A stretch of 63,712 bases of DNA, counting the filler, from Perkinsus chesapeaki ATCC PRA-425 (taxonomy: Eukaryota > Protista > Perkinsozoa), in assembly GCA_013115145.1 (NCBI GenBank). It is 6 parts of 6 records of this genome, joined end to end, with 100 filler letters (N's around TTAATTAATTAA, not from the genome) between each part and the next. Parts side by side here need not be neighbours in the genome. Positions count along the whole stretch, not along the records: positions 24,087 to 47,658 come from JAAPAO010000561.1; 5 more parts are not named here. One strand, given 5' to 3'. Positions 23,987 to 35,100 of the stretch are shown one piece after another. The position numbers and the translations under genes were made by a program. Position 1 is the first letter of the stretch. Every line of letters begins with the position of its first letter. The notes below the pieces were generated by a model. It was not told the origin of the DNA. It ran no database searches and saw only the letters and a program-made list of their open reading frames with translations.

Positions 23987-24086
23987 NNNNNNNNNNNNNN
24001 NNNNNNNNNNNNNNNNNNNNNNNNNNNNNNTTAATTAATTAANNNNNNNNNNNNNNNNNNNNNNNNNNNNNNNNNNNNNNNNNNNN
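23987..24086. other. Artificial assembly spacer
   Basis: 44 N + TTAATTAATTAA + 44 N. Confidence 0.97.
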
Positions 24087-24099
24087 CGCGAGTGTGTTT

Positions 24100-24370
24100 A
24101 GGTCACCCCACTGGCACCTTCGTTGGTAACACAAGTCTGGGTGCAGTCACTGTGGCGGTCACGGCTTTGTTCGCTGAAACCGAGACTGTCATCCAGGAAC
24201 TGTAAGACCTTGGTTTTTGTTCATGTTTCGAGGTTTCACTTTCAGGAATGTCACGCTGACGGGTCTGAACCTGCAACTGCAAAATATCCCATACAACATG
24301 GAGGGTTCGAAAATAAATATCACCGATTTCTCGGCTATCCCCGAAACCTACAGGGCATTGATTGAAGGTG
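24100..24370 (+). CDS. Internal exons of a hypothetical protein at the contig start
   Basis: GNTSLGAVTVAVTALFAETETVIQEL, GTAAGA donor, then NVTLTGLNLQLQNIPYNMEGSKINITDFSAIPETYRALIE followed by a GTGAG donor. Confidence 0.3.
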
Positions 24371-25161
24371 AGGCACCGCTAGTGGGTTTCGTTGTTATTC
24401 TTTATCTTAGGGGCATCCTTGACATATGATAGCAGCGCCGAGACTATCACCTTCTCGATTCCTGCCCCTCCCCTGTCGGTTGTTCTACACAAACAATCTT
24501 CCCTCAGCAACATGCTTAGGCGTCAATGATTTTCCACTTTCTCCCCACAAAGCGACGAGAAAGTTTCTCGGAGAAGCTTATTTCTTTGATTTGCTACCTT
24601 CTCGCCTCAGGAAAGTTGGGCGCTCAATGCTATAAGGGATAGCTTTATGTGCATGATTTCCAGAACTGCCTTAGGAGCAGTGTGGTACATCATTATGATA
24701 ATACGTCATTACCGTTGTATTAGTCGTGTCGCTTGTCATTAGAGTGTCAAACATTCATTTGTTCACCGTTTTCTATACAGCAAGTATTTCACTATGAGTT
24801 GCGTTTAGCTATTGGTCCTACAGTATACTATGTTGGACATAGTGGCAGTTGAGGACGGTGCCCATTCACGGAAGTCGACCGAATCTCTTTAATCGAGGCG
24901 CGTCAATCATCTCATACCATATATTCCTTAAACCACTGCTGGTGATTCATCAGTGATGAAGATGAAGCTGATGAAGCTACCCCACTGTGGGGAAGCTTCA
25001 TCTTGAGCGAGCGCCTTGACGCCTCAAGATGGTTCCCGGAATGGAAGATTGTTGGCCTGAGAGCCGATAACTTGTGATTCTTAGTGCGAATGGTCCAAGT
25101 CACTCTGTCAAACTCCGATTTCTTCTCGTCATAATATGACGGTCATATAAATTGAGGCCGT

Positions 25162-25650
25162 CTACATGGTCATCGTCCCATTTGAGAGATGCTCCGGCAG
25201 ATCTCGCACGATCTCCGCTCCAAGCTGCAGATTCTGCAGTGCAGATTCTTCGACGCCATCCAAAGCTGTGAGAGCCATGGACTCTATCGCTTTAGTCGCA
25301 GAAACGACCGTCCCATTGAATCGCCTGCAAATTTCGCTTCGAATGCCAGCTAAAAATGCGGCAAATTCCTCGTACATCGTATCCAGCTCCGACAACCCAC
25401 CCCTCTTCGATGATCTGGCTCCTACCACCTCGAATCCAGATGATTGGAGGTTCTCGACTATCCCCTCAACCTTTGGGGCGATTTCTTTCCTTCCACTGAA
25501 TGAATCGATGCACGCGAGAAAGCCCTCCCTTGACAGCGCAAGCTGTGCGAAGTCCACCGTCGATGCCTGTAGCATCCTGGCGAAATTGCTCGTCGCCTGT
25601 AGGAGTAGGTCAAGCTTCACAAGACACTCGATCGTAGTTCGCGTGAGCAT
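25162..25650 (-). pseudogene. Probable hAT-type transposase fragment
   Basis: LLQATSNFARMLQASTVDFAQL resembles the hAT motif L-Q-x-x-x-x-D-L/F-x-x-A. Later SEICRRF. No catalytic N-terminal region is visible. It lies next to an element with terminal inverted repeats. Confidence 0.4.
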
Positions 25651-26107
25651 GAAGATAACACACCTTAGATGAGGGAGCCTGCCGTGGTGGAGTCCCGCTC
25701 ATCGGCCTATCGGCCGAGTGCCGAGGCTAATAGACCACAAATACCACACCACTAATACGGACCACCCTACTCAGACCTACTTCCCAGCTTTTTGCATGGA
25801 AGTGTATTATAAATTTATGGCCACCAATACTCTTACCTAATGTGAAGTCAGGTCATCGAAAGTTTCGTTCGGGTCGCTAGATTAGGTGCCATCCCTCCTT
25901 ATTGCTTTACCTAACTTCTATGAGATATACTGTCAGCAGATTCGTGATTCTCCAACTCAGTGTAGGGTCTGTAATGAAGACTCTGTATTAGCTGTTCTAG
26001 ACTAGAACTTCTGGTGTTCTGACAACGATATCGACGCGGCGTCGACGACGCCTTCGATGAAGTTACAATCGTCCGATTGTAATTGGTCGCTCAATTGGAC
26101 GAGCGGC

Positions 26108-27003
26108 CTGGAGCCCGTTCAAGTGCTCAACTGTTCCGAGTTCCGAGTCTGAGTAACTAGCTCCGAGTTCCGAGTCCGAGTTCTCCTAATCCGAGTACTT
26201 CTGTGTTCAAGTGCAACAGCTCGGAAAGGAGGGTATTCCGAGATGTTTGGCTGAGTACTCAAACTGGGTTTCTAATCGGAGTGTTCAAGTGCGTGTTCGA
26301 TTTCTTAGTAACTACTCGGAACGACATCCCTCACTACGAAAACTATCCTTCACTTGTTTATTTGCCGAGAAGTTAACTCAAGGACTAGTTTCTTTCAAGA
26401 TAGAAAAACTTGCATAAAACCTATTACAAATATATCATTCTACTAATATACCTAAAAAAAGTACACACGAAATTCACACAGACAAATTTTTATATGTCAT
26501 ACGTTTCATATTACGGAACATATCATATGGTTATCGTTACAGGCTGCAAGTTTCACCATACTTCTTTCTTTTTTGAGTGGTACCGGTCATAATGAGCATT
26601 ATTTGGCTTTCTAGATGAATGAAATGTGGTGGAACTGCATTATTTGAGTCGATCGTAAAGTGCCCGTACTTATCCTATATCAGTTACGTAGGTAGTGGGT
26701 GATTTCCAGACTGGAAATTCCAGTCATTGAAGGTGCTTTGTGTTACGGGGGACTCGGAAACACTATGTGTTCGCACTCGGAGCGCGAAGGGAGTGTTTCC
26801 TAGTGTTTTGCGAGCACTTGAACAGGGCACTCAGAAGATCTACCCGAGTATCTCGGAATTGTGCTCGGAATGGCTTCTCTGGATACTCGGAATCGGGGTA
26901 CTCGGATGAATGGCACTTGAACAGAAAATTTTGTTCCGAGCTCGGAGGGGTCACTTTTCTGAGCATGTGCGCTCGGAAAAGTGGGCACTTGAACGGGCTC
27001 CTG
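26108..27003. mobile_element. Non-autonomous DNA element (hAT-like MITE) with terminal inverted repeats and subterminal repeats
   Basis: Left CTGGAGCCCGTTCAAGTGC and right GCACTTGAACGGGCTCCTG (17-bp perfect core). Three GTTCAAGTGC/GCACTTGAAC copies per side, many CCGAG/CTCGG motifs, AT-rich core. No target-site duplication seen. Confidence 0.7.
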
Positions 27004-27136
27004 ATCTCGAACGCGTGCTCTCGAGCTTACGCGTAAGTCTCTTACCTTGTCGCCGACAAGTTGTCGGTCAACTGAGACCATCCCAGTGATTCACACTGAA
27101 TCACTGAGTGAATCATTCAGTGAGTCACAGACGGTG

Positions 27137-27179
27137 ACTTTTGTATTGTCACTGTGACTCACAGTGACAATACAAAAGT
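27137..27179. repeat. Near-perfect palindrome, 20-bp arms with a 3-nt centre
   Basis: ACTTTTGTATTGTCACTGTG-ACT-CACAGTGACAATACAAAAGT. Confidence 0.9.
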
Positions 27180-28073
27180 AGTTGGCATTATTCAGAAGTT
27201 ACCCCCCTATCAGGCTCGCTGATGCATGGGTCAACAAGGGAAGCCAGAGATACCCTTTTGATTGTTCTTCTCTCATTCCGGTCACCTTTAGCCTGCGTAG
27301 CCAGTAAGTAGTGTGTGTAGTTCAGCGTGTGCAACTCTCGAAGGTGAAGTCAGTACTTAATCGATAGTTTCAGAAACTCGCAAAGTATAAGAGTTTCGTT
27401 CGAAGTGTCAAACGTGGGCGCGTATTATCAAACTTGCCCGCTTGTTGTCATTCTTGGATGAGATGCTGTCAAACTTAGACTCGGTTATGAATCAAGTTTA
27501 TGTCAAAGATGAATGAATATTGTCACACTTGGACCCGATATTTCACACTTATTCCGAAAATGAATACGTATTGTCATTCTTGGAAGAGACATTGACATTG
27601 TTGCTTGGACATTTGTCGTTGCTTGTTGCTTGTGCGCTCAAGGCCCTTGAGCGCAAGTCACCCTTGAGTCAAGGGTGTTGCGGACGCGGTTATCTTGAGA
27701 GCTTACCAGTTACCGTCATTTCAAAAGTCGTGTTAGAATGCAAAGACATGCTACATATTGTGAAGTCCACAAGGGCATCTTGTGAATCGTATCGTGCTGC
27801 GAACATGGCAGATGTCTGCATACCGTATCTCACTGAAGAGCAATGCTTCCCCGAATACGGAATAGATCAACGCAATCTGCTCCTCATCATGAGATGGAGG
27901 GTATATTTATTAACCGCATTGAAAGCATGCAAGATGTGAGAATAACATCTATATGGGATAATAGATCCTTTTAGTTACAGTAAGGCAGCATTACTAATGC
28001 TTAACATCTTCACCCAACAAAAGGAGAAAGCCAGCAAAAGCTGCCTTGTGTAGGAAGCCGTTCACTTGCCAGA

Positions 28074-28804
28074 CTATTTCACAATAACGTCGGCACAGGA
28101 AGCATAATAAATACCTTTGAACTGCCACATGTGATAAACAGTGTAGATGGCAGGAGTCAGATGACGGGGAATCGTAATATCGGCAGATGAACAGTCAGCA
28201 GGATCAGTCTTATTATAGAAAGGATGGCACTCTTCTAAAGTAGTGAAGTCATCAAAGGAAGGATCAGCCTTATATGGTGCAATCTTAATCTGTACACAGG
28301 TGCCTGAAATACCAGAGAAATAAAGGGCTTCCGGTGAGTTGTAGAAGTGCTACCATCAGATTGATAATTGGTGTGTCCATTTCCCATCCAAGAGATATGG
28401 AGCGTACCACCTGATGATCATAGAAATGCCCCAGAAACGCGGAATGTAGACTAGCTCATGGTCACCTCTGGTCACCTCGGCGCGGTTGTCGGTGTTAGAA
28501 GCCCCTTCGGAGCCAGCTTTCCTGCAAGGCCTCTGGGAACTTGTATTTAAAGGCTTGTATGGTGGCAAGGGGTCACGGCACTTGCTAAGATCCAACGGGG
28601 ACGGGCAGATTGGTCGCTGAAAGAGCGAAATGACAAATCAGATCAGATGCCACTTACCGCATAATATTCGTCCGGGTGATCATGAGTTGTTTCGCCCAGC
28701 CTCGGCAAACCGCCTTTAATGTCACCTTTGAGTTTGAAGACCCAAGTGTGACCAGCGGCTTCGGGGACGATGATAAGCATAACAATGACGACAGCGGGTT
28801 TCAT
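28074..28804 (-). CDS. Secreted histidine-brace protein, LPMO-like (4 exons, 194 aa)
   Basis: Exons 28804-28658, 28616-28466, 28410-28354 and 28303-28074 join in frame with GT-AG introns. Product: MKPAVVIVMLIIVPEAAG/HTWVFKLKGDIKGGLPRLG...RAEVTRGGTLHISWMGNGHTNYQSDGTCVQIKIAPY...ITIPRHLTPAIYTVYHMWQFKGIYYASCADVIVK*. Signal peptide then His1, a second His in WxxNGH, and a C-terminal YxxCADV. The gene model is well supported; enzymatic activity is inferred. Confidence 0.75.
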
Positions 28805-29119
28805 TACAATTGTTATTTGACAACCGCTCTATGTTAACAATCTAAAGTTGCTACCCGATCGAAGCAGGATGGATGCGAGCAGTTTCAAACGGTTGCCGAG
28901 TGAGCGCGCCGAGCTGTCACATTAGGTGTCACCTTCACCATGTCACCAAAATGCTCTTTCCCGCGTGACGATCAACACTCCAACAAAAGATTCCACTGTT
29001 AAAACTAGAATCTGTATTAAGGTACAGTGAGCAGTCTGCATTCACTCTTCATTACTCCACTATTCGGCCATCTCCTGCCGCTCTTCACGCCCATCGGATC
29101 TCCTATGTCACTTCTCTCA

Positions 29120-32100
29120 TCACCGAAGCAATCGTGGGCCAATGCCGCCATTAGACAGTTTAACGGCCAGTGTATAAAATGATTCCAGCTTCTCGGAATC
29201 TGTCTTTCCGAGTGCTTCTCGAGCACCCCTCATCAAAGCCTGCGCCCGATCCAGACGGCGAGAACCGAGCAGGAAAGTTATGGCACGAGACATGGCTTCG
29301 TACACTTTGGCCTGGTCGAGACCACGCAAGAATTTGGTGATTCTCCAGCAACTTTCCGGAGGATTTCCGCCTGTGACGAACTCTAGAATCTCTTTGGCAA
29401 TGTCGGACTCATCAACCTGCTTACCCGGCAGTCCATCGCTGACCTTGTCGTCGATAACTTCGGGTGCGACCAACCGAAGAAGATGCCCACGTTCGCTTGG
29501 CCGCACATACACCGTACACGCGCTCGCGCCTTGCCCGAATAATTCAAGTACGATTTCCTGGAAACTGCGAAAAGATTCCAAATTGTCAACCTCCACAATC
29601 TCAACTTCAAGATCATGCTTCGACCTTGGATACTTCTCGAGACGCCCTCTTACCCCCGCAACTCTGACGCTATCACCAAAGCGCGCTTCGATCGAACTCA
29701 TCATTCCCTCAGCAGAGTTGGCCCGAAGAACGATTTCTTCGAGAGACCGCATGCCAACCCCTCGCTTGCTTTGTCGCTCAACCTCCACTTTTTCGTGAGC
29801 CGGCGAGTTAGGGCTCGCACCTTCTCGGGGGCGCTTTCCGTGACGGGCGAAAAATTGGCCAAGTCGCTCCTGCTGACGCGCACGTGTCTCTTTTTTCTTC
29901 ATCTCTTGAGCGTACTTCTCCTCAAGCCCAACTGGTGGGTACAAATGAACATCTGGCAGCTTTCCAAACTTTGCCGCATCAACGACCCACTGTGGGGTGA
30001 CCACCACATAACTACACATAGTTCACATTACACTTAAACATGCTAACCGAAATATCTATTATTGGCACCAACGATTTCCAACACCTTTTAACGCCTATAT
30101 CCGAAATAGGCTTGCATAGTGAGCCCATTTCGGAAGGCTTACTATGGCTTAAATAGCAAGACTTACTCTTGTCAAAATAGTATTTCGACAATAGCAACTT
30201 CTACTTCGACGGCGACATGACCACACAGAACGCACAGGTTACATTTAGGGAGTCATCTAGCCCCTTAGGAACTGGTTGTTCCCCAGGGACGGTAAAGTGT
30301 TCCTAATACGAAGATATGATGGAAGAAAATGATCGATGACTATAGATGAAATATTATTAATTAAATATTAGACAGAACGTTCGTAGCCATAAGGGAACGT
30401 TAGACGCATGCCTTCTGGAAGCGTCCGATTGCACCCTATCTGGCTCGGAGCCATTGGCTCTATTGCCACTAGAGCGAGATCGAACTACCTAGGCGTAGCG
30501 CATGACCAACTCTCATTATACTACCTCTTTTCTAGTCAGAGTAGAGTCATTGTGCTGGTGATAAGTGTTCGCACGCATGCTCTGCGCATGCGTTCACCAT
30601 TGTAGTTGTACGCAAGCACAATATATACCCTTTTATCTACTCTCCCTTGTTAACTCATGAGTCGTGTTCAAGAGCAGTCCAGCAATGGTGTGGATGGGCA
30701 ACATATTGGCGACAGCGGCAGGATCAACGACCCAGCATCATCCTCCATATCACTGCAGGATCTGAAGTCTGCTCGAACGGTTGCCAGACGCAATCGCACT
30801 CGACTCGCTAATGTGCTTAAGCGCGTGAAGGCCGACATTGCCAACTACCAAGAGTCCGAAGACCTTCCAGAAGGTGAAGAAGATGCTGAGTACGAGTCCC
30901 TCCTCTCGAAGGAGGACTCCTTAGAGAGCCAGCTCGCAGACGCCGAGGTTGCTGTAGCCGAGGCTGAGCGAGCCGTGGATGACCAGCTGTTGGTGGATGT
31001 ACAGCGCCGCCTTCCAGCCCCCACGCTCCTGACGTCGGGCCTGGCACAGCAGGACCCAGTCGGCCATCCCGACGTCACTGCAAGTCCCGTGGCCAGTCTT
31101 CAGGGGCGCCGTCAAGCTGCCACTCCCCGTTCGGCGGGTTTGTCTTCCAACACTGCCCAGTCGAATGATAGTGTCAGCAAAGTCCTCATCCCCAAGTTGG
31201 CTGACCCTTACAACTTCGTGAACCACTTGAACATGTTCTGTCGTATTATGGTTGATCATGGCCATGGTCGGTTCGTCGACGGTGCCTTCGTGCCTTCGGG
31301 CCAGGAGACGTCACTGGTCGTGAAGCTGGTCAAGTCTGTTGATAAGTGTGCCAGCCTCCATCAAGCCGCGGAGAGTGCCGCTCAGACCTCCACCTATCAA
31401 TGGGGGCCGACCGTGGGTTCTCTCGTTCGTCAGTTCGGGTCTAAGGAGACAATCCGGACAGAGGTGGCTCGCAAACTGAAGAATTTGAAGTTCCAGTCCG
31501 TAGGTATGGCCGAGGCGTTCAATCAACAGCTGACTATCATTGGTAATTCTTGGTTCTCGGTCTACGGGAGTGAACCCGCTGAGGTCCGCTTTCTGGCCGA
31601 CAACTTCCTGAGGAAACTTCCGCCCGATGTCCTGAAATCCCTTACTTCGCACATCCTGGCTCTCCTTCCGCAGGATGCGATTGCGAGGTGGGAGAACCAT
31701 CTTCAATTGCATGAAGACGCTCCACTGCCTACCTCATCGCCGTCGATTTGCCTTACTACGGCGATCGCTACCGTGTGCAAGTCCATAGAGATTGCCGAAT
31801 CCCTCGGAGGGACGGCCTCCGTCCCTGGGTTCAGGAGGTTCGACAAGGTCCATCGGGTTGGAGATTCCTCTAGCCCAACTCCTATTTCGGACTTTGTGTC
31901 AAAACACGCAGTGGGCTCTGTCATGTACTTCCGTACGGACCGGACGGACATAAGTGATGACTCGCTTCAGGACCACTTCTCGCGGCTGGGTTCTAAGTCC
32001 ACGATGGTACTCCATCACCCCCGTGGGCACACCTATGGTTTCGCTGCCTTCGACGATGCGACTCGTATGGAGTCTGCAATCCCAACAGCCACTTCTGAGG

Positions 32101-35100
32101 CACTTGGAGTCACTGCTCGCCGTTATGAGAAGCCGGGAAACGGCGGGGGGCCCCGTTTTGGCCGACGTCGGTAGGCGTCGGGGCCCTTAACTCTCTCACC
32201 GACCCTAATTCAATAACTACTGCAATTGGTTGTAATATCTTCAAAAATGACACCATTGATTGTAACATTGTCTTGAAAGATGGCTCACCTTTGAGGAGCA
32301 GAGCCCCAATTCCTTCCGCTGAAGACGAAGGCTTTATTGATGATATTGTGCAAGCATTTTCTTCTACCAGTTCGTCTCTTCCTGAGATTAGTTTCCGTGG
32401 GCACCTTGAGGGTGTCGAGGTTCAGTGCGTAGTTGACTCTGCGTCCGGCTACTCGTATATAGCCGCCTGTGACGTTGGACGTCTTCCCGTCACACCCGTT
32501 CCACTCGACCAGCCATTCCAGGTTCGAGTGGCCAATGGAGCTGTCGTTAAGGGCTCCAGTGCCGTGTCTGGCACGCTTGAGCTTTTTGAGCTCAGCTCAG
32601 CGGCGGTCGTCTGCCGCCGCCCTATTACTTTACGTGTCCTCCCATCAAGGGGCACGCTGGGATCGTGTGGGTTGCCTTGTCTCCTACTAGGCCGCGATCT
32701 CATGGACTTAATGTCCTTACAGGTGGAAGCCCGGTTATGCTCTTATAAGGGCCACACTCTCTATCAATACTTTCCTACAGTCGAAGAATTGGTGAGATGT
32801 GCCCGTCTTGACGATCAACTCTACCATCTCTGCGAGCTAAATGGTAGCTGGTTGCGGGCTATTTCGCCAGTTGGTCACTCACCGTCGTCTGAGGACCTGT
32901 CTGTCTATGTCAATCTACCAGTATCGAGCCAAACTCGGGAGCAGGTGGCGGAGTACTGTCGATCCCTTGGTCAGCGGAAACCCTTCCGTCAGGACGAACG
33001 CGGTTATTACTCCGAGCTCGTCCCCCTCCCAGTCGAAGACCTCGACCGGTTTCCAGAGTACCAGGAGTATTGCTGGCAGATCTGCTGCCCCCAACCCAGC
33101 CGGGTTCGGCAGGGCCGACAGTATGCCGTCAAGAGCTATGCTAAGCTGACTAAAGAGCAACGCTCCCAGTACCGTGAGCTCGTCGACACCTATGTTGCAC
33201 GGGGCCATTGGACGCCCCTCACCACTGCCCCGTCCAATGCTGCGGCCGAGGTTTTTCTCACCGGTACGGAGAAAAAGGGCAGGTTGGTTTGTGATTTCCG
33301 CCCTCTCAATCAAGCCCTACCTAAGAGTTCCACCAATACCACCTTCATTCCGGTCCTTATGTGCTGTTTGCGGCTACTGCGACCAGCAGTGCTGATCTTT
33401 GCTGACTGCCACTCTGCATTTTATATGCTCCGGCACTGCTTGCATGAGGGCTGCCTCAATAGCTTAGAGATGCACACTGGTGATGACAAGTACTTCTCGT
33501 CTAGCCGAGTCTGCTTTGGCGTAGTCCATGGTCCTGAATCCCTCGAAGAGAGCCTTGGGCGCCAGGTGACCACGGTCATTGAAAAACCACCAGTGCCTGT
33601 AGAGCAAGGGGGTATTGCTGAGTTCGTTGATGATCTTACCGTTGCCCTGGGGCCGGCAGACTTGGCTGTGGTTGGGCTTTTGCTATCGACCCTTATCTAC
33701 TTTCTGGGGATTTGTGGGTTTCTGGTAGCACTGGCCAAGTTCTCCATACTGGTGGTGGATAGCGAGGCTCCAGAGTTGGCTACTTTGAAGCCATTCATGA
33801 AGCCAGAAGCTTCCATGCTCGGGGTCAAGGCGTCGTTCAAAAGCGGTTGCCTTTTCCTACAATGCGATCGGACTGAAAGCTTACAAAGTGCGCTCAGTAT
33901 CCTTTTGCGTGAGCGTTGGACTAAGATCGCTATCTATGCCGTTTCTGGCGCGCTCGGCCACGATCCCTTAGCCCTGCATGGTGATATCAAGCCCTTATGT
34001 GATGCAGCACGGCGACTTTTCGGCTCCGTCTTCAGCAAAGTCCCATGGTCTCAAGCGCTCGGTCATGATGATTTCTCTGCTGAACAGTGGAAGTGCTGGA
34101 TGGAGATCCACTCCCGTTGGCTTGATTTCATCAACATGGCTATTGCTTCCCCTTGTGAGCATGTTATGCCCCTAGCCGAAGGTCGCCTGCAGCTCATTCT
34201 ACAGACAGATGCCAGCGCTTCGGGAGCGGGCGTGTTCATTGGACAGTCCAATGAACACGCCCGCTGAACAATTTGGACTCCGGCAACGGACGGGTGAGAT
34301 ACTGCCTTTGGTGAGAGATGCCTGCTCTTGGACGGCTCTCCAACAACGGTACCACTCAAACCGTCGAGAAATGCTAGCCCTCTACCGTGGGGTCTGTTGG
34401 CTCTCGCGTATACTAGTACAGCTGAAGACGATGTCCTTCAGCACCTCTCCGGTGGTTACAGACCCTCCTATTATCCAGTCCGACAACCACAGCACGGTGC
34501 GATGGTGCTTATCGTCTTGCAGCACCTTGAAGTTCACTGCGATTGAGCGGCATGCCTTGCACAGGATTGCATCTGCTCTAGGTAATGAACTCTTGCAGAT
34601 CCGTAAGATCTGTGGAGGATATGAAGTTATGCACCTTCCAGGAGTTCAGAACGCTGCGGCCGATGAGTTGAGCCGGGTCCTCAGTGTGGGTGTGAAGGGC
34701 CAGTTATCATTGCCTTTGTTCCAGCTGCTCAACCACGCAACGGGTTTGAAGGAGTATCCAGCTGCCGACGACTTGTTCGTGCTCGCGGAGGTGTTAGGAT
34801 CGTCAGAAGTCCACGATCTCTGTTTCGAGTACTGTGGCCCGGGCTGCTCCCGCCCGCCTTCTGGAGAGGCCGCTCTCGGCGACCAGGAATGTGCCGCACC
34901 AGATGCTGCCACGCTTTATGTCCTCCAGCAGGTCTGCCCCGAAGCGTCATTCATTCTTCAGGAAGAGGACTTTGTGGATCGGTGTTTTACCCTGGAAGAA
35001 GAGCCCGAAGATGCATCTCAAGGACATCAACCTCAGACGGAGTCATACTTGGTTAGAAGACTTGGTAGTGACACCTGGAGCATAGACCAGGCCTGTCGAA

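Noticed and set aside
26108-27003. Regularly recurring GTTCAAGTGC units suggesting a CRISPR-like array
   Set aside because: Units are short, irregularly spaced and inverted between the two halves, which fits transposon subterminal repeats in a eukaryotic genome. No cas genes are present.
27520-27939. 139-aa plus-strand ORF
   Set aside because: Non-ATG start, no recognisable motifs, and it contains the twin-hairpin repeat. Not supportable as a gene.
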